Shown piece by piece: positions 36,963 to 51,130 of a stretch of DNA of 64,000 nt. The stretch covers positions 85,374,001 through 85,438,000 of the forward strand of contig NC_043001.1 in NCBI RefSeq assembly GCF_006345805.1, written 5' to 3'. A model generated the notes under the pieces. It saw nothing but the letters and a program-made list of their open reading frames with translations. It had not been told where the DNA came from and made no database searches. The position numbers and the translations under genes are program-made. Position 1 is the stretch's first letter. Every line of letters starts with the position of its first letter. The DNA comes from Octopus sinensis. Lineage: Eukaryota.

Positions 36963-39900
36963 GTATGCATGTATGTATGTATATATGTATGTAGGTATGT
37001 ATATTTAGTAACGTAAAACACTTCCTCTGCCGATAAATATATATGCCAGGTGCTATGTCTACCAATCTACTTAAATTTTGTATTGGCAACGTTTCATTTT
37101 TTCCCAACAGTCGCCACATCTTTTCCCTTTCCGCACCCATGTAAAGCTAACAATCCTATATCGATCCTTCTCATATATCAATGGAAATCTCTACGGGCAA
37201 GTCTTAAAAAGTAACTATTTCAATGAAATATATCGTTGTTATATACAAGTATTATGTTTTCTCATGATTTTATTTCTGGGCATAAATCCATCTTATATAA
37301 CACCTGAAAATACAAACTAAAAGAAGCTCTAACAAACCAGTAAGTGTTAGAAAGAGCATTCAAATCATTTTCTAACCAAACTGTATGTTTGAGAATGTGT
37401 AGTGCGATACGAGTTATGTGAGGGGTCTAGTTAAACTGATTCACAAAATCAGACCCCTTTAATTTTGCTCAGAATGCTTTCAGTTTTGGTGTATCGATGC
37501 AACTCTGAATTTTGAATACAATCAACCAATTACTTTATTTTGTAAATTAAAGAAACTGATGCTATTTGGAATTAAATTTGGGAAACTTGGGTAATTTTAA
37601 CCAATCAATAGACAGCGAGGCATTAACAGCTTGTTACCATGACAATCGCTCGTGTTGTGTTTCACTTCACCCACGCAGCCACTCCTAAGGATGTACACAA
37701 ATACATGACAGGAATACATAAAGACAGATATATCAATATACAAAATTAAAAAAATAAAATCATACAAAACACTGTAGAAATGAATGAAGAAACAATAGAA
37801 ACAGTAAGATGATACATGTCGATTTTATTAGGTATTTCTGTTTACTTAGAAACGTACAATGAACAGGTCATTTCAAAGACGCTAAACTACACTTTTCACA
37901 GGGTACATCCTTAAAGTTGACACCGCTAAACGCAGAAATTTTCTGTCTCACTATTTACTCTTTTACTTGTTTCAGCCATTGGCTATAAATACACAATTTT
38001 TGTTTTCGATTTTTAAACCTCTGTAACTTTTTCCTCCATTTTTTTTCTCTACACAACATCATGTTTTCATACCGATATGAGTGGAAAACTACATTAATAT
38101 AGTCGATTTTTACCTTCTTTTAAAATATGCAGATTTTATGAATCATTTTAACCAGATTCTATCTAAGGACACAAGACAAGGATCTCAGATTTACAATTTT
38201 AAATCAAATCTATTCACAAGGTTTTGGTCAACCCGGGAACTACAGTAGCAGATATCTGTCCAAGTTGTTGTGCAATGGCACTGAACGCAAGACTATGTGG
38301 TTGGGAAGAAACCTTTTCGGACATCCAGGCACACCCTATACATGAGGTGTATGAATTGTATCTACTTTTTAAGCTATAGCCAACCGATTAACTTTTTAAA
38401 TATATATTTTTACTAAATTCAGCCAACCATGACGGAGACTCTTTCATTATCTATTTATATTTACTAGTTTTCATTCAAAGACATTTGTTAAAGCAATTCT
38501 TATTTCTGGAGATTTGGCACTATATCGTTTCAGTTCGCTCCGCCAAATATACTTTAGAGAAAAACAGTCAGGCACATACGCACACACACACACACTCACA
38601 CACACGCACACACACACAAACAAACACACGCACGCACACACAGCACCCATAACACACACGCACTGTGTACAACGACATTCCCTCTCCATTCTTTCTTTCA
38701 CAGACTGACATACAATCACAAACACATGCTCTTTCGTATATTTGGTATGTAGGCCGAACAAAGAGTATGTTTATTCATTGATGTAGAAAGTATTGAAGAT
38801 AGCGCTGGGAGGTAGGGAGGATTAATATAATTGGCTATCTGCTGGTTACGACGATGAAATTCTAGTTGATCCGATGAGTGGATCAGCTTCCCCGTAAAAT
38901 TAATGTGTTGATCGACTGAGCACTTCACAGACAGGCATACCCTTCAAATAAATCTCAGGGAGATTCAGCGCGACATACAATGTGATATGGCTGGCCCTTT
39001 CAAATACAGGTAACATTCATTCTTGCCAGCTGAATGAACAGGCTCAAGGTGAAATAAAGTGTTTTGTACAAGGGCACAACGCAACGCCGTGTATCGAACT
39101 CCCGGCCTTACATATCGTGATTCCATTGCCCTAATCACAAAGTCATGCACATTTAAGAGGATTGAGGTAGGTTGAAATCTGAAGGCCAAAAGCATATTTT
39201 AAGGGATAGGAGTATAATAGTCTTGGTGGGCAGCTCAAAATAATATTAATAATATTAAATAGGTTACATTTTATGTTGCCTTTCTTTCTGTCATTGCACT
39301 GTAGCCATACTAGATCTCCGGTTGGAGGGTTTTCGGCCAACGAATTGACCCCGTCCTCAGTAATTATATTCTAAACCGGATAATCCTTCTATAATTCCTC
39401 GTGGGAAAATGCTAGCCTATGCTGAGGTTAGCAAACCAATATATATATGTGTATGTATATATATATGTATGTGTGTGTGCATATATATATGAATATATAT
39501 AGGTTTTTGAGTGTGTGTGTGTGTGTATGTATTTCTATATGGTAATCGGTAATAAAGTCACAAGAAAAGAGTCACAAGCAATTTGTGGTATCCAGACCCC
39601 ACCATATCCGGGAAAAACACCCTGAGACAAAATCCTGCCGGACAAAACCTTTGTGACATTTATCCCGTGACATTTCTACTTGGATTCATATATATACTTA
39701 TGAGGGCGTACACACACACACAAACACACACATATGGGGGCGTACCCAAAAGTAACAGGAAACGTTTTCTGTAGGGCAAGCTTTCGCCGCTAGAAGCCAC
39801 TTAATGCAAACCTCAGGCACGAACCGGCGAGAAGCACTGCAAAACAAAAGCTCGACATGTGGCAGTACGACACGAACTAATGATGCCGGTCAGCTGACTG

Positions 39901-40181
39901 ATGCTTGAGGATTGATCCGGGTCTTTTTTCGAGGGGCATCACTGGTGACGAAAGATGGTGCTACGGAATTTGCTAATGTGGAAGAGATGAAGAAAAAACG
40001 ACGGAGGCATTAAAATGTGGAATGTATGTAATTCCCACACAGCACGTTCCTTGGATAACGGAGCAACAAATTTAACATCCAACGTATTTTTATTTTCATG
40101 CTTCCATTTATACTTCCTATATCTCTCCCTTTCCAAAATAACGAACTCAACTACTCCCTTCTATTGCAGCTCTCTTGACTC

Positions 40182-40230
40182 GGCCCTGATGATGGGATAT
40201 CGTTTATTTCGCTGAAACAGCTGTAAGACC
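40182..40230 (+). ncRNA. Degenerate hammerhead ribozyme-like motif (third family)
   Basis: CTGATGA-tgggatatcgtttatttcgct-GAAA-cagctg-TA; core and palindromic stem III intact, stems I and II poorly paired. Confidence 0.55.
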
Positions 40231-40307
40231 ACTTGTCACTTTATAAATGTCCTAAAAATATCTCATTGCTTTGGCCTTATCTTGTTATATTTCACATATA
40301 AATCTGT

Positions 40308-40408
<101 letters not shown>

Positions 40409-40610
40409 ATAGTGTTTGGTAAAATAGAAAGATGAATAATCTTGTTGCAGATTAATCAAAAGTTTAACCGATACCTTGGTAGCAAAAATCACAGCAGAAG
40501 AAAGCACGGTTGGAGATAAAACCTTTTGGTGTTGCAACCGTGCGTTGGTGCGGATAATTGAATTTTAATATTATTAGTAAATTGAAGAAATGGAGTTGAA
40601 CGAAGATTTT

Positions 40611-40690
40611 TTCCTGAAGAGAAAGCCGCAATATGGTATCCTTATTTAATCAGAATTTGGAAAATTGTGGCTTTTGAAACATGTGTAGAA
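40611..40690 (+). ncRNA. Hammerhead ribozyme-like motif with long stem II (fourth family)
   Basis: ttc-CTGAAGA-gaaagccgcaat...attgtggctttt-GAAA-catgtg-TA-gaa; ~12-bp stem II with G-U pairs, 3-bp stem I, GUA triplet. Confidence 0.72.
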
Positions 40691-40745
40691 TGCAATAAAA
40701 GGAATTCTGTTCAATCTTCGTTCAACTCCATTTCTTCAATTCACT

Positions 40746-40789
<44 letters not shown>

Positions 40790-40790
<1 letters not shown>

Positions 40791-41500
40791 TTATTACTAG
40801 TACTTTTATTAGTTCCTATCTAATGAAATTTAAGTGTATATTAGTCACTGATAATTTAATATTATACCCTGTGGTGTTTATATATCAATGAGTATGTAGT
40901 GTTTATTATTAACTCTTGAATAATAAAATAACGTACTTCACTCATAAAAATATTAGTTAAATAAAGTTTAGTCGTGTTTTGTTGTGGAAAAAAAATTATA
41001 TTGAACTTTCCTTATAGTAGTATCTATGGAAGACCGGTGGGATTATTATTTGTATGGACTTAAAGATGGATCGCAATTTAGCATATAATTTAGTTATTAC
41101 AGATTACTATTGATACCAATAAAATATACATTGGTTTAAATTTCGCTTGTAGTTTTAGTAAGGTTAGTGTTTAATCTTGCCTATATATTGATTCATTGAA
41201 ATAACGTGCTTATTAATCTATACATCAAAATACACTACGGAACACTGTAGGGATTATAATTATGACTCAATAGAGTTGTCGCTGTTCAGTTTAGTATTTA
41301 AGAGGGGTTGCAATTTACTTATGGAATTTATTTATCAATATGGTTCTACGTTGGGTAAATGTGTTTGAAAGTTGTGGTTTCTTTGGTTTGTTTGTTTGTT
41401 CCCAAACAATACTTATTTTAGGGCTGTTCAAATAATTATTTAAAAAATTCAGTATCAAACAAATCATACCAGTCTCACGAAAGTTTGTCGACGAATGTCG
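40790..41500 (-). mobile_element. Old decayed PLE endonuclease-region relic
   Basis: YFIGINSN, RSIFK and NPTGL relics in the same order as VYIGSTS, MNSFK and NSTGL of the younger element; flanked by (TA)n. Confidence 0.4.
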
Positions 41501-41584
41501 AAATTTGGTAATTTATATATATCTTATTTTTTTACGCGGCCACCTATGTAAATTGAAAGGATGCTGTTGGGAAACGAAAGCAAA

Positions 41585-44500
41585 AATGATCTCTGACAAC
41601 TATATCTGGTCTGTTGGCCTTAATTTCTCTATCTGTGTGTATCGGCATATCCCAGTGTATGGTTGCTTTCTCGTTTTCTGTGACCTTTTCTGGTGTGTGC
41701 CTATACCATCTTTTTTCTGTTGTTATTCCATAATGTTGGCATAGTTTCCAGTGTATATAGGTCCCAAATCTGTTGTGGCTGTGAATATATTCCTTCTTAG
41801 CCAGGACTGGGCAGCCAGAGATAATATGATTTATTGTTTCTTGTCCATCTCCACATATTCTGCAGTTACTTGTTATATTTCTTTTCGTTACATGTTTTTG
41901 GTAATTTCTGGTGGGTGAGGCTTTGGTCTCGTGCTGCAATTAAAAATCCTTCTGTCTCTGCTTTGAGTCCTGAGCTTCTCAACCATTGTTGGGATTTTTC
42001 TTTGTCTATTTCTTTTGCATTGAGTTTAGTCCAGTATTTACCATGAAGGGGTTTTTCTTGCCATCGTTTTATCATGGTTCGTTGCTGTTCTATTTTTAGT
42101 TTGGATTTCATTTGTTTTATAGCTTTTGTTGTTTCTTCATCTTCTTCTTCTTCTTCATATTTGTTAGGTGGTATGATTTCTTGTTTGTATTTAACAGCTT
42201 CCTTAAATACTGAGAACAGTCTTTTGTTTTGCTCGTGTTTTGCCGCTATTTGTATCAGTTTTCCTTCCTTATTTTTCTTGGTTTCCTATCTATATTGGTC
42301 AGTTCATTTAGTGTCCAGTTAAGGATATTGTAGCTGTAACTTATAACTGGGACGGCTAAAGTGTAAATACCTATTATCTTGTTTTTAGCATTGAGCTCTG
42401 TTTTCAGTATTGATCTAACTCGTCTATAATATTCTTTTTTTATTTTCTCTTTCATTTGTGTGTGTTGTGTCTTATCTAGTTCATGGTTTCCTAAGTATTT
42501 GTAAGTTTGGCTTTGGTCTAATTCTTTTATTTCATTTGTTTTATCTAGTGTGATGTTGCTTCTCTTAATTAGTTTTCCTCTTTTCATGGTTACTTTGGCG
42601 CATTTCCCTAATCCAAATTTCATATCTATTTCTTTGGTAAATCCATGAACTGTCTTTACTAATGTTTCCAGCTGTTTGTCATTTGTAGCGTATAGTTTTA
42701 GGTCATCCATATATAAAATGTGGCTGATCTTTTTGCTGTAACATTTATATCCGCATCCAGTTCGGTTTAGCATATCCGATAGAGATGACAGTGCTAAGCA
42801 GAAAAGGAGTGGAGAGAGTGTAGCTCCCTGGAATATTCCTCTTCTAATGAGGATGGCTTTGGTTTTCACAAGTCCCTCTTTTGTTTGGAGCTCTAGCACT
42901 GTTTGCCATTTATTCATAGAGTGTCCTATGTACTTTATAATTGTTGGTGCAACTTTGTTCATGGCTAGCGTTTCGAGAATCCATGTGTGGGGGATGCTAT
43001 ATAAACACCTTTTTGTAGTCGATCCAAGCCATACTGAGGCCTTTCTTCTTTCTGTGGTTGTCTTCAGTTATGGCTTTATTGATCATTAGTTGATCTTTAC
43101 AGCCATATGAGCCTTTGCGGCATCCTTTCTGTTCTTCTGGAAACAGGTTGTTTTCGTCCAGGTGCTTGTTCAATCTTTGCGATATTAATGCAGTACATTT
43201 GCGATATTACTGCAGTACATTTGCGATATTACTGAAGTACTCCCTACTTGTACATTGTAGGGAAACAGGTTATAGGTCTGTAGTTTTCTGCTTTTGCTGT
43301 CTCATTTGATTTGGGAATTAAGATGGTTTTCCCCTTTGTGAGCCATTCAGGCATTGTCTCTAGCTCTGCCAGGATGTTGTTAAAATTTTCAGCCAGCTTT
43401 TTGTGCATTCCTGTTAGATATTTCAAGCAGAAGTTGGGGATCTTGTCATGCCCAGGTGACTTCCAGTTGCTTAGTCTTTGCAGTGCCTGGGTGACCTCTT
43501 CAGTTGTTATGGGGTCCAAAGTTGCTCAGATGCTGAATTTGTTGTTTTAATACTCCTTTTTTTTGGTTGTTCGTTCGCCGACCATATTTCTCTCCAGAAT
43601 TCTTCCGCTTCTTCTGCCGTTGGTGCTGCAGTGATTTCTATTTTATTTTTGCCAAGTTCTTGGTAGAACTTTTTGGGGTTGGAGTTGAACTGTTTGTTTT
43701 GTTCAAAAAAACGTTGGCGTTTCTCGTACCGGCGGATCCTTTGTGTTTTGGCAAGGATATCTTGCTTCAGCTTATCTTTTATCTCAGGTAAATCTTTTTC
43801 TGTGGTGTTGTATTTGCGGAGTATTTTTGTTTTCTATTTGTTGCTCAGTAGCGTTGATTGTCTACTGATTTCATTAAGAATTGACATATCTTTTCTCATT
43901 TTTTGTATTTTGTTTTGGATGTTATTTATCCACAAGGTTTGTTTAGGTGGTGGTACTCCTGTTTGAATGGGTTTGAGTGAGTATGCAGCTTCTTTTGTGA
44001 CTGCAGTGGCTGCTGCGTATACTAAGTCATTTAGCTCAGTGACATCGCTTTTTGTTTCAGTGGCTATTAGTTCCGTGACAGCTTGTTTTATGCTGTTTAT
44101 TATTGATGTTGTTGTTTTGTCTATTTTGATTTTTGGGAGGTATGGTCGGTGGTCCATTTTGAGCTCTGTGGTTTTCAGTTCTTTGATTATTCTACTTTTT
44201 ATAGTTTCATAATCATTAGGCTCCCCTTCGTTGTTTCCAGGTTTTAGATTTGTGTCGCTTTTTATCTCATCCGTATGTTTGTTCGTCGTGTCTTGGCTTG
44301 CTGTTTGTCGTGTATTATTATGTATCCTTACGGTCTGGGTTTGTTGTTTTTTGTTTACATCGTTTTTGTCGGAAATGTTACGTTTGTCTTCGTGTTTTAC
44401 TGTTGTGGCTTCTATCTACATTTTCCTGATGTATTTTTTTCTTTTAAATGTTCTATTTCTATTTCTGATATTTTTTTTACGTTGAGAATATATCTCCGTA

Positions 44501-45188
44501 TATTTGCTAGTTTATTAGGTTTCATTGTTGTATCCAGGTCTTTAGTTATGTTATTTTTCTTCCATATTTTGTATGAATGTGTTGTTGTATTTTCATTCTT
44601 TGGGTAGAGCACTGCTGTAAAGTAAGCGTGTAGGATAGAAATGTATTCCTCACGTGTCCATTTATGTCTTTTGGTTTTTATTTGCGGGACACGAGGAACA
44701 ACGTCCGGCCCATTATTTTGACGGTCGTCATTTTCGTAGGGTACCGGTCCGTTCATTTCTGTTGTCACATTGTTTTGCACGTGTAGTTTTTCGTACATTT
44801 TATGTTGTAAGTTTACAGTACGTACTCCCGATTGTTATTCTTGGGTTCAATAATACCGGTATTATTTAATTTATTCGTAGCTTTTTTGTACATGGTGTTT
44901 GGGGCCGGAGATGATCTGGTGTTGATGGATCGTAATGTATCAAGCATGTTTACATGTGTTGTGTTAGAGGTGCAGATGATATCGAGTTAAAATACATCAT
45001 TTCGTTTTGAAAATAGTAATAAATTTCAATGAGTATTACTTACTCGTATATAGTCCAATCCTTTGTCAGTTATTTTTTAGCTCCATGCGATGTCTTTGTT
45101 TCCGATGTTTGTGGATAGATTTCGGAGCACTGTTTTATCGCTCTCACATGTTTAACGTCCCCAGTGTCTGTTTAAAGTCCCCAGTGTC

Positions 45189-45190
<2 letters not shown>
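41585..45190 (-). mobile_element. Non-LTR retrotransposon with restriction-like endonuclease (R4/Dong-like), frameshifted and 3'-truncated
   Basis: RHKWTREE N-terminus; NWKSPGHDKI, YRPITC, RRGIFQG..LSPLLF, LYMDD RT motifs; CRIC..ETINHIISGC zinc knuckle; HN...IHW and RPDIVV RLE motifs; 5' end abuts (TAA)n. Confidence 0.9.

Positions 45191-45251
<61 letters not shown>
45190..45251. repeat. (TAA)n tract at the LINE 5' junction
   Basis: Direct reading. Confidence 0.95.
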
Positions 45252-45252
<1 letters not shown>

Positions 45253-45410
45253 GGCCGTGACCTAGCAGAGTAGTTAGCTCTCCGGATAAGATGCTTAGCT
45301 GCATTTGTTCCGCCTTTACTTTCTAAAATAAAAAAGGCCGCCAAGATCGAATTTACCTTTCATTCTTCCGGGGTCGATAAAGTAAGCACCACTTGTGCAC
45401 TGGGAAAAAA
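45252..45410 (+). mobile_element. SINE family 1, diverged
   Basis: Diverged head and ggggtcgataaagtaagcacc core. Confidence 0.7.
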
Positions 45411-45420
45411 ATTGAAGGTG

Positions 45421-45426
45421 GTAGTG

Positions 45427-45464
<38 letters not shown>

Positions 45465-45465
45465 T

Positions 45466-45526
<61 letters not shown>

Positions 45527-45596
45527 CAGCAGCAGCAGTAATAGTAGTAGTAGTAGTAGATTTAGTAGTAGTAGTAGTAGTAGTAGTAGTAGCAGC
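45421..45596. repeat. (TAG)n/(CAG)n compound microsatellite
   Basis: Direct reading. Confidence 0.95.
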
Positions 45597-46335
45597 ATAC
45601 TTATTTTCATTATCATCAATTTCACGACTCGAATACAAGCTCGACGTCAAAGATCCTACATCCTTATAAGATAATAATATTAGGCTTCCTTTCAAATGTA
45701 CAATCTTCAGATTAAAATACAGATAATTTTTCCATTAGGAACGTCATCTTTAATAGGGTATTGTCAAATATTTCAACTTTTAACTAGAGGGGATATCAAT
45801 CTATTACATCTAAGAAGATTAAGTCAAATTTATAGGACTGTTAATAATAATTACAGGAATCTTTAAAGATATGAAATGGGAGCCATTTTTTTTCTTTTTC
45901 TATTATAATAGAATATCCAAATTATACTAAACAGAACAAAGTTAAATCGCAGAGACATCTCGAAACACTTTTAATCTGACAAGAAAACAATGAAATAATT
46001 GGTTTTAATGGCAGTAGATGTAGCTTCCTATATCTTTTTTTATTACATTAGCAGTTTCTTTTGCTTTCCCATCGTTGATATTTCATTCGTTCTCGACACA
46101 CTTCGAACTTTTAGTTAGATTATGATAGTTAAGTGTTCTTTGTACTGGTGCAGACGCACACATACACGCAAAGAGACGGTGACGAGGCATACATGTATAC
46201 ATAAGCACACGCGCACACACACAAACACACTCACACATTCACGCACATGCCCATATGGCGCACATTTCCTAGCCTTTCGAGTATGTGGCACACGTGTTCA
46301 TACACTTATTATATATATGTGTATCTATATATTCA

Positions 46336-46406
<71 letters not shown>

Positions 46407-46454
46407 CAAACACACACACACAAGCATATATATATATATATAATATATATATAT

Positions 46455-46531
<77 letters not shown>

Positions 46532-47227
46532 ATATAGCTTACTTTTTGTTTAACGTAAGATCAGTGCAACAAGAACTTCATGCACTGATAAATAATTATC
46601 ATTTAAAGTAGACAGTAGAAAAATACGTGTCACTAATAGTTACATGCACTGGACACGCAAGTCTATGCAGTTTTCTTTTTCTAACACACCTCATGTCACC
46701 AGTTTATTCAATTTACAAATCAAGACTTTAGAACAAAAGTAATTATGAGAAAAATAGTGAAGAATGTAAATGCAAAATCGGAATGGAGAGAATCCTTTTT
46801 AGAAGTTAGAACTAGCCATTCCACATCACTAAATTCCGGATGAGAAATCTACAGCAAATGCAAATGTACGGCCAAATTTCTTTGGCCGAATTGTAGAACA
46901 CAACCCTTTTCTGATCGGGCAGCTCCCTAGCGGAATTCAGAACCTTCTCCGTTCAATCATTCTACAATTAGCTGTATTATGGCTTTACGGTTGAAGAAGA
47001 CATAACTCTATTCACCCTTCAAATTTTGCGTCTCTCTTCGCTTTTTAATTCTCATGATTTCCTTTGTTTTAGCATCCTGGTTTTTAAAATCAATAGGCCA
47101 TGTCCTCGGACACTAAAGTTGCTTGGAAACTCAAAGCATGTTATAAAATACTTTTTCGTCATGAATGCATCAAACTATTATTGACTCAATCTTTATATTG
47201 TTTACATTAAATGGTATGTATGTATAT

Positions 47228-47281
<54 letters not shown>

Positions 47282-48375
47282 GCGATAATTACTTATAAAT
47301 ACGAAAACAAAATATCCACTATAGGTAAGAAAATAAGCATTGAAAAATGACTAAATCTTGCGTTCCTGAGAACGTTCAAGAGATGACTTTATCTATAACA
47401 GAAATTCACAGCATTTAAAAAGATGTGCATGTTAGATATAATTGAAAGTTTAGTTGATTCTTAGGACATGATGTTGCCAGTATTTGTACGTATTTATAAG
47501 TAATTATTTCTAGAGTAATAGCGATAAATGTCTGAAACTAAAGAGTAAGTTTTGAATATGGCATCGGGGTTTGTTTTCAGATACAGAGAAAATTAAATGT
47601 GACGCGTATAAAGTAATACTATTAGTTTCAAATTGTGGCCCAGGGCCAACATTTTCGGGTATTGCAGTAAGTCGATTACATCGGTCTTGGGGTTCCACTT
47701 CTACTCATTTTATTGACCCCGTGAGGGTAAAGGGTAAAATTGAACTCGGCGGAATTCGAACTCACACAGGTACAGACAGGTGGAATTCTGTTAAGCATTT
47801 TGGCACTTCTTTTATTTTTTATTTTAGACTTTTGTATTATCTTCAAACACTCTAACGTACACTATTTAGTGGAATCTATTCATGACAATTGTGTATGCCG
47901 TGTAAAGAAGAATTTGGATTTATCGTTATAGAAATGTTTCTTAGTCGTAAGCTTAGCAGTGTTGGTGACATGAACTTTATACACTCCAGAATCGGAAGCA
48001 GCCCACTGTGAATTGTTCGAAGAAGAATTCTAAAATAATATTTTCGTACTAAAATCTTTAAGAAATAAATTGTTTGTATAACACTAAAATGAATTAACCC
48101 CGATCATTTTCGACTCCAGTTGAGATTAACTCAAATAAATTTACGCAACTAAAAATATAGCCTTCGGGAAAATAAAAGTAAAGAACATAGGAAAAATACA
48201 AATATGCGAACTTTCAATTTTACTTCCCACTTGAATTAATGAAAAAATATCCATTGTGTATTGTCAAAACAAAACGAAGTAATGATTTTTTTAAAACATT
48301 TATTTTCTTAGTTTCGTTTTAAGGTTTTTATTTATTTATTGAACAAACCAAACATTTAAAATTTACAAAGCTTAA

Positions 48376-48381
48376 TTTATT
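48376..48381 (-). promoter_or_regulatory. Candidate polyadenylation signal of gene B
   Basis: AATAAA on the minus strand ~180 nt after the stop; further overlapping AATAAA at ~48327-48340. Background is AT-rich. Confidence 0.45.
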
Positions 48382-48560
48382 GGTTGCATTGCAATATTAC
48401 CTTTCTGTTTCGAAGACCTTATCCATATTTTCAACTGAAGGTGGAGTTAAAACTCCATTGTCATATATTTTCATACACATTACTTTGAAATGAAACAGTA
48501 ATATACTTCCTAGATTGAAAAAATTGTTTACATTCATCTTCGTCTTTGTTTTCTTGTCCT

Positions 48561-48725
48561 TTAAAAATCGGTGCGGGATCTCTTTTGAAGGTAGCTCGAC
48601 ATTTTCGGGTGGCTAATTACACGTTCCCTCAATGCTTGAAGTTTCGGATAGCTACGGAGGAGGGATTCATCTTCCATCAGTGGATTCTCCAGAGCGCAGA
48701 AACACATCATATCAGCCATGGTTAT
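48561..48725 (-). CDS. S-crystallin gene B, exon 6 (terminal)
   Basis: attactcag| then [54 protein letters not shown] (165 bp including TAA). Confidence 0.96.
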   Translation of the reverse strand: MTMADMMCFCALENPLMEDESLLRSYPKLQALRERVISHPKMSSYLQKRSRTDF

Positions 48726-50209
48726 CTGAGTAATGAAGTAGATTCAAACATAAATTAATATATGCAAGTAAAAAAGCGTTAGTATTTGTATAACATTATG
48801 TGTGTAGAAATGTGAATTTTTATCTGAATTTTTACTTTTCTTGGCGGGAAAAAGCAGAGAGTCTTTTGTGTTATATTTACATGCACTCCAATGTTCTTAG
48901 CGAAGCACTGTTTGTAACACTCCATTCTCTTTGAGAAATTTTCTCTAAGGAAAATATTACCGCTAGTAATGTTCTCCATTTGTTAGTGCTGTTACACATT
49001 GTAAATATTATCCACACCGGTTCTTTAGATATATTTCATATAATTTCATTGAAGTGTCACTCATTTAAATATGCTAACTAACATACACACAATGGATTTA
49101 ATTTACGAATTGTACTTATTCCATTCATCTTAGTTTGATGAATGGGAGGAATTCACTAGGTACGATTTGAACTCATGTCGCTAAGGGACAACATTAAATT
49201 ACATAGATTATTTTTATCCAATGATCTGATTCTTTTAAAGATGACCAATTCTTGGAATTTATAAAATCTGGTGTGATAACCGCGAAAGTCGGAGAGAGAG
49301 CTATGACAACGTATCTTTGCAGGATTCCCCAACCAATGGACAATCTCCAACTATACAAGATGTTTCTCAGTCCAGTATTTACAGGCATATATTTATAACT
49401 TTAAGTACTTCGACAATCAATGTACCAAAAGAGGATTATTTCAGATTCCCTCGAAAGATTATAAAATGTTTATTTAAGATCTGTTTACCGACACTAAACT
49501 ACCTTCGACACTGTAAATATCTACACCTCATCTTACAGTACAGAAGTATCACACATGGATTATTTCCCCTCATCTAATGTGCAAATGTTTCTGTATTAAC
49601 TGATGATTGCTCTGTTAATTGGCTGCGTTGATTCAATTACTGCTAAGCATCACAATGTCTGTTCATTTAACTGGTCATATGTATTGCTTTCAAATATTTT
49701 GCAGCAATAGTGATGCCTTGTAACACTCATATGAATGAATAGAAAGCATTTCATTTTACTTTGGAATGTCTAATACAGCATTGCGTTTTTGGTTTAGGCA
49801 CAGGGCCAGCAATTGAGAGGAGATAAGATTAGTCGTCAACATCGAATTCTTTACTCTATGGTAACTCTTTTTATCGAGGATGTTTTATTTCTCTTGGACT
49901 CAGTGATTAACAGCTAGGTTTTAATTTTGTTAGGATCATAACAAAATTCGAAATAACTACATGAATATGTATGTCTTATTAGTTTCCTTAGCTGAGATTC
50001 AAATCAAACTTTTATGTAAAAATATACATTATAGACATGACAGCTATGCAAAACGAGATAAAGAGAAACTACACGGTGGTTTGTCTAGCAACAATTATTT
50101 AGTACTCCAGCAAATAAAAAGATACTGACTTAGAGGATAAAAGATCGCATGATGTGAGGATTAAAGACAAGTTGGTTATGGTAGGGATACTATTGACAAG
50201 TTTATTTAC

Positions 50210-50317
50210 CTGGTCACCCATGAAGAACTGGCTTCCATTGTTGTGCATCTCCAATGTTCTTTCCATGAAAGGCAGGATTCTGCGACAGGTTTCTTGGTAT
50301 CTCATGCGCTGCTCAGA
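50210..50317 (-). CDS. S-crystallin gene B, exon 5
   Basis: tggcag| ... |gtaaat; 108 bp, phase 0/0; [36 protein letters not shown]. Confidence 0.96.
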
Positions 50318-50610
50318 CTGCCACGATAAAGTTAATGGTATTTTTATACATGGTCATTTCAAAGGCCACTTATTTTTTTATATTTGTTCAAACAATCTCA
50401 CATACCCACACACATGCACACATATGCAAACAAACAAACACGCACACACAGAGATACTCATATTTCTTTACTGCCCACAAGGGGCTAAACATAGAGGGAA
50501 CAAACAACGATAGACAAAGGGATTAAGTTGATTACATCGACCCCACTGCGTAACAGGTACTTAATTTATGACTGAAACAAATAAAAGAGTAAAGAGTAAG
50601 AGTTTATATG

Positions 50611-50649
<39 letters not shown>

Positions 50650-50675
50650 TATATATATGTATATATATACATATA

Positions 50676-51130
50676 TCCTTTCTTCTCTTACTTGGTTCAC
50701 TTATTTGACTGCAGCCATAATGGAGTACCCAGTTAAAGGTGATTTTATTCGAAGAAATCGACTCCAGGACTTATTCTTTGTAAGCTTGGCATTTATTCTA
50801 TCGGTGTGTTTTGCCGAACTGCTTAATTACAAGGACCTTAACACATCAACATCGGCCGTCAAGTGAAGGTGATGGTGTTGGGGATGGGGGAGAAACATAG
50901 GCGCAATGACATACACATAACTATATAAATAGAATAATATATATATATATATATATTCTTTTACTTGTTTCTGTCATTTGACTGCAGCCATGCTGGAGCA
51001 CCGCCTTAGTCGAACAAATAGACCCGGGTACTTATTCTTTGTAAGCCCAGTATGGAACCAAGGTGCCACGCAGTGGGAGTGAACCCGGAACCATGTGGTT
51101 GGTAAGCAAGCTATTTACCACTCACCCACT
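50676..51130 (-). mobile_element. Two SINE family 3 fragments
   Basis: Homology to 23252-23455; tRNA-like head at ~51060-51130. Confidence 0.7.
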
